DNA of 23,713 nucleotides from Kofleriaceae bacterium (lineage in GTDB: Bacteria; Myxococcota_A; Polyangia; Haliangiales; Haliangiaceae). The DNA lies in contig JBKJLC010000110.1 in the NCBI GenBank assembly GCA_046597055.1, forward strand, positions 1 through 23,713, read 5' to 3'. This document shows, piece by piece, positions 1 through 9,673 of this stretch. Position numbers and translations under genes: made by a program. Within the stretch, counting starts at the first letter, position 1. Each line of letters opens with the position of its first letter. The notes under the pieces were generated by a model that had not been told where the DNA came from, did not search any database, and saw nothing but the letters and a program-made list of their open reading frames with translations.

Positions 1-1
1 C

Positions 2-829
2 GCGGCAGGCGAAGTCGAGCACGTACTCGTCGACCGGCACCTCGAGGTAGTGCGGCAGGATCGCGCGGTAGCCGCCGGCGGTCATGCCCTCGAGCTGGTT
101 GCCCCACGCGTTGCCCAGGCAGAAGTGCCACGACGTGGCCACCGCGGTCCGATCGATCGCGCCCATCGTGCGCGCGACGACGTCGCACACCCACGCGTAG
201 TCCTTGTCGCCCGACAGGTACGGCATCCACGCGCCGAGATCTTCGAGCTGCACGTGGCGACAGCCGGCGGCGACCAGATCCGCGATCTCGGCGGCGAACA
301 CCTCGGCCAGGTCGCGCGACAGCTGGTATCGGTTCTTGACCGGCCCGCCGCGGAAGTGGGCGAGCGTGGACAGCTGCACGGGCCCGGCGCCGACGCAGGC
401 CTTGATCGGCTTCGTCGTGTGGCCCTGCGCCCACTGGTAGAGGAGGCCCATCCGCACCGGCCCGCGCGTGATCGGCGCATCGACACCGACCCCGCCAGCC
501 TCGTCGAGCGCCCACACGTCGCGACCGCGCGCCTTGTCGCGCGCCGGGTGCGGCAGCTTTTCCTTGGAGAAGCCCCCGGTGCGCTCGAGCCAGTACCAGA
601 GGAACGAGCCGATCCCCATGTGGTAGTCGTCGAACCACATCTGGCCATCGGTGAGGATGTCGAGGCCGGCCGCCTCCTGGTCCTTGATCACCGTGCGGGT
701 GGCGTCGTGGAACGCCTCGGCGTGCCCGGCGAGCTTGAACGCCTCGAGCACGTCGCGGCCCGCGAGCTGGTGCGTGAACCATGCCGGCCGCGGGTAGCTG
801 CCGACCATCGTCGTCGGGAGGATCGTCAT
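2..829 (-). CDS. Cobalamin-independent methionine synthase II (MetE C-terminal/catalytic-domain-only) family protein, 3' end outside window
   Basis: Not in the ORF track because it runs off the window edge. Manual translation from ATG 829 gives MTILPTTMVGSYPRPAWF...DQEAAGLDILTDGQMWFDDY...HVQLEDLG...WHFCLGNAW...DEYVLDFACR. The T-x-VGSYPRP start, Q-x-x-AG-x-D-x-x-TDG and H-x-C zinc motif are typical of the family. The + strand ORF 50..1318 is its antisense shadow. Confidence 0.85.
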   Translation of the reverse strand, partial: MTILPTTMVGSYPRPAWFTHQLAGRDVLEAFKLAGHAEAFHDATRTVIKDQEAAGLDILTDGQMWFDDYHMGIGSFLWYWLERTGGFSKEKLPHPARDKARGRDVWALDEAGGVGVDAPITRGPVRMGLLYQWAQGHTTKPIKACVGAGPVQLSTLAHFRGGPVKNRYQLSRDLAEVFAAEIADLVAAGCRHVQLEDLGAWMPYLSGDKDYAWVCDVVARTMGAIDRTAVATSWHFCLGNAWGNQLEGMTAGGYRAILPHYLEVPVDEYVLDFACR

Positions 830-903
830 CGCCAGCGACGATACGCCGGATCGTGCCGGTCGAGATCGTGGCAACCCCCGCGCGATCGTGGGTTCACTGG
901 ACT

Positions 904-3177
904 GTGCCCCGCCGCTGGATGCCGCTCGCCCTCGTCGCCGTCCTCGTCGCCCTCGGGCTCGGCTGGTGGCTTGGCCCCGGCGGCGCCGACCCCGACGAGG
1001 TCCGCGGCGCCGCCGCGCGCGCGACGGCGCCGAACCGCCCCACCCCGGCCGCGCCCGCGCGGCTCGGGCATGCCCGCGATCCCGACCCGACCGGTACGCT
1101 CCGGCTCGAGGGCCTGGTGCTCGACGAGGCCAACCGGCCGGTCGCGGGCGCGCTCGTCGAGGTCGGGACCCGGCCGCGGCGCGAGGTCATCACCGAGAGC
1201 GATGGTTCGTTCGCGATCGAAGGCCTGTTGCCGCGCACGTACGGCATCCGCGCCCGCAAGGACGATCGCTACGCGACCAAGGTACGCGTGCCGGTCCGCG
1301 CCACCACCGAGCCGCTGATCCTCCGCATGGTCCTCGGCAGCACGCTGGCGTTGCGGGTGATCGACGATGTCACCGAGGCCGCGGTCGCGGGGGCCCGGGT
1401 CGACGCCGACGACGGCCAGGCGGTCACCGGGCCCGATGGGATCGCCGAGCTGCGCGGCCTCGGCCCGTGGTTCCAGGGCATCACGGTCCGCGCCGCCGGC
1501 TACGCCCCCGCGCCCGCCCACGCCTCGCTGGGCGCGGATCCCGGCGGCCGCAGCGAGCGCACCGTGCGCCTCGTGCGCGGCGCGCGGCTGTCGGGCACCG
1601 TGGTCGGGCCCGGCCAGGTGCCGGTGGCCGGCGCCCGGGTGGAGGCGACCAGCGCCGGCGGCGACGATGACGTCGAGACCGACGCCAACGGCGCATGGCG
1701 CATGCCGGTCCTGGGTGCCGGCAGCTACCGGGTCACCGCCGCTGCCGACGGGCTGGCGACCGCCGTGCACGAGATCGAGCTCGACGGCGTGACCGCCAGG
1801 GACGGCGTCCAGTTCCGCCTGGAGACCGGCCGGCAGCTACAAGGTGTCGTGGTCGACGCCGCAGGTGCGCCGGTCGCGCAGGCCGACGTCGCGGTGCACG
1901 CGTCGAGGTTCGACGCCCGCCACGTCACCACCGGTGCCGATGGCCGCTTCGCGATCACCGGCCTGGCCCGCGCCACGCTCACCGTGATCGCGCTGCACGG
2001 CAACGTGGCGTCGGCGCCGATCGAGGTCGACCTGCGCGAGGGCCCGGCCGGCGACCTGCGCCTGGCGCTCGCCCCGGCGATGATCGCGGGCGTGGTCGTC
2101 GATCCGACCGGCGCACCGGTGCCGGAGGCGCGGGTCGGCGCCAGGCGGGACGGCGTCGTCGTGGCCACGGCGAACGGCTCGGACGTCGCCGATGCCGCTG
2201 GCCGCTTCGAGATCGGCCCGCTCGCGGCCGGCGAGTACCGCCTGCGCGCCGAGTGGCCGGGCACGCCGGACGGCAACCTGTACCTGACACCCGAGGCGGG
2301 GACCGCCGCCGCCGGAGCGTCGGGCGTGCGCCTCACGCTGGCACCGGCCGGCTCGATCACGGGCACGGTCCAGCGCGAGGGGGCCCCGGTCGGGTTCTAC
2401 GGGATCGCGATCAGCCAGCACGAGGGCGGGCTCGCGTTCGCCGAGCCCGAGCTGATGCGCTCGCCGACGGGCCGCTTCCTCCGCGGCGCGGTCCCGCCGG
2501 GGACGTACGTCGTGCGCCTGGTCGGCACGGGCTTCGCCCCGCGTACCTTCGAGAACGTCGAGGTGACCGCCGGCGCGACCACCGACCTCGGGGTCATCGC
2601 GGTCGAGCCCGGATCGACGATCCGCGGACGGGTCGTCGACGAGGCGGCCCGGCCCGTCGCCGGCGCGAGCGTCTTCTTCGGCAGCCACCTGACGGAGGAC
2701 GGCGAAGCGCTCACGGACGACGGCGCGCCGCTCGCGTCGCTCTTGCTCGGCCGGTACGTCGTCGTCAGCGGACCCGACGGCCGCTTCGAGATCACCGGGA
2801 TCGAACCACCACACCGCTCGTGGCCCCGCGCGCTGATCGCCCAGCATCGCCGGCGCGGCCGGTCGCGCGCGCGCGCGGTCACGCCGCCAGCCGAGGCGGT
2901 CGTGGTGACCCTCGTCACCACCGGCGTGATCACCGGCATCGTCCGCGGGGGCCCGACGCTCGAGGGCCTGGTGATCCGGATCGCGAGCGACCCGCCCGGC
3001 GGCTACCAGGCCATCACCCGCACCGACGCGGTCGGTCGATTCCGCGCGCCGTCCGTCCCCGCCGGCGCTCACATCGTCACCGCCGAGGTGATGCGCGGTG
3101 CGTCGACGTCGCTCCCGGTCGAGGTCGACGTGACCGCCGGCGCGACCGTGGACATCGAGCTCACGTTCGGCCGGTGA
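904..3177 (+). CDS. Membrane-anchored/secreted protein with about 8 tandem carboxypeptidase-regulatory-like (prealbumin-like beta-sandwich) domains
   Basis: N-terminal hydrophobic stretch (LALVAVLVALGLGWWL), then about 8 repeats of G-x-V-x-D-x-x-G-x-PVAGA-x-V ... T-x-x-DG-x-F ... G-x-Y. Start uncertain (GTG 904 or ATG 919). ATG 781 would overlap the divergent MetE-like gene. Confidence 0.8.
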   Translation: MPRRWMPLALVAVLVALGLGWWLGPGGADPDEVRGAAARATAPNRPTPAAPARLGHARDPDPTGTLRLEGLVLDEANRPVAGALVEVGTRPRREVITESDGSFAIEGLLPRTYGIRARKDDRYATKVRVPVRATTEPLILRMVLGSTLALRVIDDVTEAAVAGARVDADDGQAVTGPDGIAELRGLGPWFQGITVRAAGYAPAPAHASLGADPGGRSERTVRLVRGARLSGTVVGPGQVPVAGARVEATSAGGDDDVETDANGAWRMPVLGAGSYRVTAAADGLATAVHEIELDGVTARDGVQFRLETGRQLQGVVVDAAGAPVAQADVAVHASRFDARHVTTGADGRFAITGLARATLTVIALHGNVASAPIEVDLREGPAGDLRLALAPAMIAGVVVDPTGAPVPEARVGARRDGVVVATANGSDVADAAGRFEIGPLAAGEYRLRAEWPGTPDGNLYLTPEAGTAAAGASGVRLTLAPAGSITGTVQREGAPVGFYGIAISQHEGGLAFAEPELMRSPTGRFLRGAVPPGTYVVRLVGTGFAPRTFENVEVTAGATTDLGVIAVEPGSTIRGRVVDEAARPVAGASVFFGSHLTEDGEALTDDGAPLASLLLGRYVVVSGPDGRFEITGIEPPHRSWPRALIAQHRRRGRSRARAVTPPAEAVVVTLVTTGVITGIVRGGPTLEGLVIRIASDPPGGYQAITRTDAVGRFRAPSVPAGAHIVTAEVMRGASTSLPVEVDVTAGATVDIELTFGR

Positions 3178-3198
3178 GGCGCCACCCGCGCCGCGAGA

Positions 3199-3621
3199 TC
3201 AGGCCACGGTCAGCGTGACGTCGATGTTGCCGCGGGTCGCGCGCGAGTACGGGCAGACCTCGTGCGCGGCCTTCATCAGGGCCTCGGCCTGCTCGCGCGG
3301 GAGCTCTGGGAAGCTGCCGCGCAGCTCGACCGCGAGGCCGAAGCCGGCGGCGTCCTTGCCGATCGACACGTCGGCGGCGATCTCGACCGGGCCGGTCGTG
3401 ATCTTCTGCAGGCGCGCGATCATCGCGAGCGCGCTGCCGAAGCAGGCGGCATAGCCCGCCGCGAACAGGAGCTCGGGGTTGGCGCCGACCGCGCCGTTGC
3501 CGCCGAGGCCCTTGGGCATCGTCAGCGGGAGGTCGAGGACGCCGTCGTCGGTGCGGACGCGGCCGTCGCGCCCGCCGGTGGCGGTGGCATGGGCGGTGTA
3601 GAGCGGGGTGATGGTGGTCAT
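3199..3621 (-). CDS. ohr: Organic hydroperoxide resistance protein Ohr (OsmC/Ohr family), 140 aa
   Basis: LYTAHATATGGRDG, NPELLFAAGYAACF and AHEVCPYSRATRGN carry both catalytic Cys and the Arg. AGGAG RBS upstream of ATG 3621, ATGA overlap with the ohrR stop. Confidence 0.96.
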   Translation of the reverse strand: MTTITPLYTAHATATGGRDGRVRTDDGVLDLPLTMPKGLGGNGAVGANPELLFAAGYAACFGSALAMIARLQKITTGPVEIAADVSIGKDAAGFGLAVELRGSFPELPREQAEALMKAAHEVCPYSRATRGNIDVTLTVA

Positions 3622-4079
3622 GGCGTGGTCTCCTGCGCGGGGTCCGCCGTGGTGGGGCGGACGTTGTCGATGAGCTCCCTGAGCTGGTCGCGCAGGCGAG
3701 CGAGATCGGTGAGGGGCCGGCCGGCCTTGCAGGCCAGCTTGTGAGGGATGCAAGCGGCCCGGCGGCGCAGTTGCTTGCCCGCCGCGGTGAGCGCGATGCG
3801 GACCACGCGCTCGTCAGCCGCGTCGCGGGTGCGCCGCACCAGGCCCTGGGTCGCGAGCCGCTTGAGCAGCGGCGTCAGCGTGCCCGAGTCGAGGTGCAGG
3901 CGCTCGCCGAGGCGCTTGACCGGGACCCCGTCGGCCTCCCACAGGACCAGCATGGCCAGGTACTGCGGGTAGGTCAGGCCGAGCGGCGCCAGCAGGGGCT
4001 GGTAGGCCGCGGTGACCGCCCGCGACGCGGCATACAGCGCGAAGCACAGCTGGTCGTCGAGGTGGAGGCCGGCTGTCAT
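3618..4079 (-). CDS. ohrR: MarR-family organic peroxide sensor OhrR (probable 2-Cys type)
   Basis: LDDQLCFALYAASR (sensing Cys), LTYPQYL, LDSGTLTPLLKRL, DERVV, plus extra C-terminal Cys (AACIPHKLAC). Directly upstream of ohr. Start set at ATG 4079. Confidence 0.93.
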   Translation of the reverse strand: MTAGLHLDDQLCFALYAASRAVTAAYQPLLAPLGLTYPQYLAMLVLWEADGVPVKRLGERLHLDSGTLTPLLKRLATQGLVRRTRDAADERVVRIALTAAGKQLRRRAACIPHKLACKAGRPLTDLARLRDQLRELIDNVRPTTADPAQETTP

Positions 4080-4120
4080 CTTGTACACGATTATATTGCA
4101 CACAATCTATCGCGGCGCAA
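4080..4120 (-). promoter_or_regulatory. ohrR-ohr promoter and probable OhrR operator
   Basis: AT-rich island. Minus strand reads TTGCGC-N19-TATAAT-N10-ATG and contains ATTGTGTGCAAT-ATA-ATCGTGTACAAG, two imperfect ATTG-N4-CAAT inverted repeats resembling OhrR boxes, overlapping the -10. Confidence 0.7.
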
Positions 4121-4146
4121 CCGGGAACCCGGTCAGCCCGGGTCGC

Positions 4147-4779
4147 TCACGAGCCGGGGATCAGATCGATCATGTCGGCGAGCACCTTCTTGCCGCGCAG
4201 CACGCGGTAGTCGGAGCCCCACTGCTCGAGCATGGCGGTGTCGTCACCGGGCGCCGAGTACAGCCACCAGCGGCAGCGCTCGACCTGGGCCTCGCCCTTG
4301 CCCGGCTTGCCGCCGAGCAGGTTGCCGACGTCGCCGATGATCTTGCAGGTCGCGGTGCCGCGCTTGTCGAGCGCGAAGCGGGTCTCGCCGAGCACCAGGG
4401 CCTCGGGCGGGTAGCCGGCGATGTCGGTTGGATCCGGCTCGAGCAAGCGGACGTGCGGGCTGCCGACCCGCTCGAGCCCGACCACGCACCAGCGAACGTT
4501 GGCCCCGTCGACGACGCGGCCCGCCAGCCACCGGTGGCCGTCTTCGTCGTAGGCGATCACGCCCTCGCACACGTAGTCCTTGCTGTCGATCGACAACACG
4601 TCGCCGACCCGCAGGTCCTTGATCGTACGCTCGACGAACCCGTCGCCCCCCGCCAGGAGCGAGCTGCCCTCCCCGACCGACAGGCTCCGCTTCTTTTTCT
4701 CCTGGTTGAAGAGCACGGTGCCGGCGGTCACGCCACCGAGCGCGACGATCAGAGCGGCCACGATGAGCATGGTGAGCAC
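4147..4779 (-). CDS. DUF4178-like protein with N-terminal membrane anchor
   Basis: TM segment MLIVAALIVALGGVTAGTVLF followed by KKKR, then LRVGDVLSIDSKDYVCEGVIAYDEDGHRW...MLEQWG, a pattern I recognise as DUF4178-like. Start GTG 4779 or ATG 4770. Confidence 0.65.
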   Translation of the reverse strand: MLTMLIVAALIVALGGVTAGTVLFNQEKKKRSLSVGEGSSLLAGGDGFVERTIKDLRVGDVLSIDSKDYVCEGVIAYDEDGHRWLAGRVVDGANVRWCVVGLERVGSPHVRLLEPDPTDIAGYPPEALVLGETRFALDKRGTATCKIIGDVGNLLGGKPGKGEAQVERCRWWLYSAPGDDTAMLEQWGSDYRVLRGKKVLADMIDLIPGS

Positions 4780-4786
4780 GCCGCTG

Positions 4787-4814
4787 ATTGTGGAACGACG
4801 CGCGGTGGTGTCAA
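4787..4814 (-). promoter_or_regulatory. Sigma70/A-type promoter of the DUF4178-like gene (probably leaderless)
   Basis: Minus strand TTGACA(4814-4809)-16 nt-CACAAT(4792-4787)-7 nt-GTG 4779. Confidence 0.5.
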
Positions 4815-4883
4815 CGCGTGTGGTCGGGCCATGGCGCGTCGCGTCGACGGAAAGTGTGCCGATCCGAGATCGCCGCCGGCTCC

Positions 4884-4912
4884 TTGACACCTCGGGAGCC
4901 CCTCAGTACACC
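4884..4912 (+). promoter_or_regulatory. Sigma70/A-type promoter of the 2-oxoacid dehydrogenase operon
   Basis: Perfect TTGACA (4884-4889), 17 nt, TACACC (4907-4912). GGAG RBS at 4971-4974 before ATG 4981. Confidence 0.6.
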
Positions 4913-4980
4913 GTCCTGCCGTCGCAGGTAGCCGCGACTGCGCTAACCACTGCCGAGCCTCGCTCGGCCCGGAGTTTCCG

Positions 4981-6093
4981 ATGGTTGCCGTGCAAGCTCA
5001 GGATGACCTGCGCCGGGTGCTGGACGACGATGGTCGCGTGCTTCCGGGCGCGCGCGTGCCGGTCGTCGCGGACGAGACGCTCCGCAAGATCTTCGACTGC
5101 ATGTCGCTGGTCCGCATCATGGACGACCGCATGATGCGGTTGCAGCGCCAGGGCCGGCTCGGCTTCTACATGAAGGCGATCGGCGAGGAAGCGACCCACT
5201 TCGCGATCGCGCCGCTGCGCGCGGGCGACTGGGTCTACCCGAGCTACCGCGAGCAGGGCACCTGGTTCTGGCGCGGCTACACGATCAAGGACTTCATCAA
5301 CCAGCTGTTCGGCAACGTGCAGGACCCGGTCAAGGGCCGGCAGATGCCGGTCCACCACTCGGCGAACTGGCTGAACATGGTGTCGATCAGCTCGCCGGTC
5401 GGGACCCAGATCCCGCAGGCGGTCGGCTCGGCGTACGCCGCCAAGCTGCTCGGCAAGGAAGACGTCTCGATGGTGTACTTCGGCGAGGGCACCTCGTCGA
5501 CCGGCGAGTTCCACGTCGGGCTGAACTTCGCCGGCGTCTGGAAGGCGCCGTGCGTGTTCCTGTGTCGCAACAACGGCTGGGCGATCAGCGTGCCGCGCGA
5601 GAAGCAGACCGCGGCCAAGACGTTCGCGTCCAAGGCGGTCGGCTACGGCATGCCGGGCGTGCGGGTCGACGGCAACGACATCCTCGCCGTGCTCCAGGTC
5701 GCGACCGAGGCGATCGACCGGGCCCGCGCCGGCGATGGCCCCACGTTGATCGAGGCGCTCACCTATCGCGTGCAGGGCCACTCGAGCTCGGACGATCCGT
5801 CGGTCTATCGCGACCCCAAGGAGCCCGAGATCTGGGAGAAGCGCGACCCGCTCAACCGGATGCGCAACTACCTGCGCCTGCGCGACCTGTGGAGCGAGGG
5901 CTGGGAGCGCGAGCTCACCGAGCGCTACAACCAGGAGATCACCGACGCGCTGGCCGCGGCCGATCAGCTGGCGCCGCCGGCGGTCGAGACGATGTTCGAC
6001 GACGTCTTCGAAGAGCTGCCCTGGCATCTGCGCGAGCAGAAGGCCTGGCTGCTCGCCCAGGGCCGCACCCGCTCGCCGCACTCGCACGGCTGA
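4981..6093 (+). CDS. bkdA: 2-oxoacid dehydrogenase E1 alpha subunit (PdhA/BkdA family; branched-chain type most likely)
   Basis: LQRQGRLGFY, GRQMPVH, ISSPVGTQIPQAVG, ThDP motif FGEG...CRNNGWAIS, RVDGND and GHSSSDD loop. These motifs resemble branched-chain ketoacid dehydrogenase E1a. Confidence 0.92.
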   Translation: MVAVQAQDDLRRVLDDDGRVLPGARVPVVADETLRKIFDCMSLVRIMDDRMMRLQRQGRLGFYMKAIGEEATHFAIAPLRAGDWVYPSYREQGTWFWRGYTIKDFINQLFGNVQDPVKGRQMPVHHSANWLNMVSISSPVGTQIPQAVGSAYAAKLLGKEDVSMVYFGEGTSSTGEFHVGLNFAGVWKAPCVFLCRNNGWAISVPREKQTAAKTFASKAVGYGMPGVRVDGNDILAVLQVATEAIDRARAGDGPTLIEALTYRVQGHSSSDDPSVYRDPKEPEIWEKRDPLNRMRNYLRLRDLWSEGWERELTERYNQEITDALAAADQLAPPAVETMFDDVFEELPWHLREQKAWLLAQGRTRSPHSHG

Positions 6094-6143
6094 GCCCCGG
6101 CCTTCCCTCCTCTCCTGCCCCGCCGCCGCCGACAAGGACTGCC

Positions 6144-7118
6144 ATGCCCGTCATGAACATCATCCAGGCCGTCAACGACGCCCTGCGCGTCCAGATGCGG
6201 TTCGAGCCCAAGACCGTCGTCCTCGGTGAGGACGTCGGCAAGTTCGGTGGCGTGTTCCGCGCCACCAGCGGCCTGCACGAGGAGTTCGGTCCCGAGCGCG
6301 TGATCGACACGCCGCTCGCCGAGAACGGCATCATCGGCACCGCGATCGGCATGGCCCTCTACGGGCTCCGGCCGTGCCCCGAGATCCAGTTCGCCGACTT
6401 CATCTACCCGGCCTTCGATCAGATCGTGAACGAGCTGGCGAAGTTCCGCTATCGCTCGGGCGGGCAGTACCCGTGCCCGGTCGTGATCCGCACGCCGGTC
6501 GGCGGCGGCATCCGCGGTGGCCACTACCACTCGCAGTCGCCCGAGGCGCTGTTCATCCACACGCCCGGCCTCAAGGTGGTGGCGCCGTCGAACCCGTACG
6601 ACGCCAAGGGCCTCTTGCTCGCCTGCCTGCGCCAGAACGATCCGGTGCTCTTCATGGAGCCCAAGCGGATCTACCGCGCCAGCAAGAACGAGGTCCCCGA
6701 CGGCGACTACGTCCTCGAGATCGGCAAGCTCAACGTGGTGCGCCCCGGCACCCAGCTCACGCTGATCGCGTGGAGCGGCATGGTCTCGATCGCCGAGGAG
6801 ACCGCGGCCAAGGCCGAGCAGGCCGGGATCTCGGTCGAGGTGCTCGACCTGCGCTCGCTGATGCCGTTCGACATCGACGGGATCATCGCCTCGGTCACCA
6901 AGACCGGGCGCGCGGTGATCGTGCAAGAGGCGCCGCGCACCTGCGGGTTCGCCTCCGAGCTGATCGCGTGCATCCAGGAGCGCGCGATGGAGCACCTCGA
7001 GGCCCCGATCGGCCGGGTCACCGGGTTCGACACGCCGTATCCGTACACGCTCGAGCACGAGTACATGCCCAACGCCGACCGCGTCCTCGGCGCGATCCGC
7101 CAGACCCTGGAGTGGTGA
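6144..7118 (+). CDS. bkdB: 2-oxoacid dehydrogenase E1 beta subunit (PdhB/BkdB family), 324 aa
   Basis: Start ATG 6144 with AAGGA RBS. Motifs GEDVGKFGGVFRAT, DTPLAE, EIQFADF, GGHYHSQSPE, FMEPKRIYR. Confidence 0.94.
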   Translation: MPVMNIIQAVNDALRVQMRFEPKTVVLGEDVGKFGGVFRATSGLHEEFGPERVIDTPLAENGIIGTAIGMALYGLRPCPEIQFADFIYPAFDQIVNELAKFRYRSGGQYPCPVVIRTPVGGGIRGGHYHSQSPEALFIHTPGLKVVAPSNPYDAKGLLLACLRQNDPVLFMEPKRIYRASKNEVPDGDYVLEIGKLNVVRPGTQLTLIAWSGMVSIAEETAAKAEQAGISVEVLDLRSLMPFDIDGIIASVTKTGRAVIVQEAPRTCGFASELIACIQERAMEHLEAPIGRVTGFDTPYPYTLEHEYMPNADRVLGAIRQTLEW

Positions 7119-7119
7119 G

Positions 7120-8484
<1,365 letters not shown>

Positions 8485-8485
8485 C

Positions 8486-9622
8486 GTGGTGGCGCCGATC
8501 GCCGCGCGGGGCAGCGGCGCCTACGCCTACTTCGAAGGCACCGACGACGAGCAGGCCCGCGGCCTGTTCCGGCTGATCGACGAGGACGGCGGCGGCGATC
8601 CGGCCGACGTCGCCTGGGTCGACCGCGAGCTGGCCCGCCGCCTGTTCGACGGCATGCTCACGATCCGGGTCACCGACGCCCGGATGATGGCGCTGCAGCG
8701 CCAGGGCCGGATCGGCTTCTACGGCGAGGCGATGGGTCAGGAGGCGGCGGTGGTCGGCTCGGCGGCGGCGTCGGCACCCGACGACTGGATCATCCCGGCG
8801 CTGCGCGAGGCCGGGGTCGGCCTGTTTCGGGGGATGAGCCTCGACTCGTACATCGCGCAGATCTTCGGCAACGCCGCCGACCCGAGCAAGGGTCGGCAGC
8901 TGCCCTGCCACCCATGTGACCGCGCCAGCAACTACGTCGTGATGTCGTCGTGCGTGTCGTCGCAGATCCCGCACGCGGTCGGGGTCGCGATGGGCATGAA
9001 ACTGATGGGCGACCGCGACCGCTGCGCGTTCGGCTACATGGGCGACGGCGGCACCAGCGCCAGCGACTTCCACGTCGCGATGAACTTCGCCGGCGTGATG
9101 CGCGCGCCGGTCGTGCTGATCTGCCAGAACAACCAGTGGGCGATCTCGACGCCCGGCAGCGTGCAGACCGCGTCCGAGACCATCGCCCTCAAGGCGGTCG
9201 GCTACGGCCTGCCGGCGTTCCGGGTCGACGGCAACGACGTGCTCGCGGTATACGAGGCGTGCCGGCGCGCGGCGGTCCGGGCGCGCACCGGCGGCGGCGC
9301 GACCTTCATCGAGCTGCTGACCTACCGGGTCAGCGCGCACTCGTCGTCCGACGATCCGTCGCGCTACCGCGACGAGCGGGTGACCGAGGTGTGGCGGACC
9401 CAGCGCGATCCGCTGCGCCGCATGAAGGCGTTCCTCGAGGCGCGCGGCTGGCTGGCCCCCGGCGAGACGGAGGCGCTCGCCGCCGCGATCGAGGCGCGGG
9501 TCCGCGACGTGATCGCGGCCCAGGAGCAGATCGGCCCGCCCGCGCTCGCGACGATCATCGACGACGTCTTCGAGGAGCCGACCTGGCTCCTGCGCGAGCA
9601 GCTCGCCGCGGTCGGCGGCTGA
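8486..9622 (+). CDS. Second, divergent 2-oxoacid dehydrogenase E1 alpha subunit
   Basis: LQRQGRIGFY, GRQLPCH, MGDGG...CQNNQWAIS ThDP motif, RVDGND, AHSSSDD. GTG start 1 nt after the E2 stop. Confidence 0.9.
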   Translation: MVAPIAARGSGAYAYFEGTDDEQARGLFRLIDEDGGGDPADVAWVDRELARRLFDGMLTIRVTDARMMALQRQGRIGFYGEAMGQEAAVVGSAAASAPDDWIIPALREAGVGLFRGMSLDSYIAQIFGNAADPSKGRQLPCHPCDRASNYVVMSSCVSSQIPHAVGVAMGMKLMGDRDRCAFGYMGDGGTSASDFHVAMNFAGVMRAPVVLICQNNQWAISTPGSVQTASETIALKAVGYGLPAFRVDGNDVLAVYEACRRAAVRARTGGGATFIELLTYRVSAHSSSDDPSRYRDERVTEVWRTQRDPLRRMKAFLEARGWLAPGETEALAAAIEARVRDVIAAQEQIGPPALATIIDDVFEEPTWLLREQLAAVGG

Positions 9623-9638
9623 GCCGAGCGGCCGCGGC

Positions 9639-9667
9639 TTGACTCGCCCGCGGCGGCGCGGTAGCCC
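9639..9667 (+). promoter_or_regulatory. Internal sigma70/A-type promoter for lpdA, probably leaderless
   Basis: TTGACT(9639-9644)-17 nt-TAGCCC(9662-9667)-6 nt-ATG 9674. No strong Shine-Dalgarno. Confidence 0.55.
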
Positions 9668-9673
9668 GGACCC

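Noticed and set aside
50..1318. 422-aa + strand ORF
   Set aside because: Antisense shadow of the MetE-like gene plus an off-frame read of the next gene. Arg/His/Val-rich with no motifs.
5550..6143. N-terminal extension of E1-beta suggesting an alpha-beta fusion or frameshift
   Set aside because: E1-alpha has its own stop at 6093 and E1-beta its own RBS and ATG at 6144.
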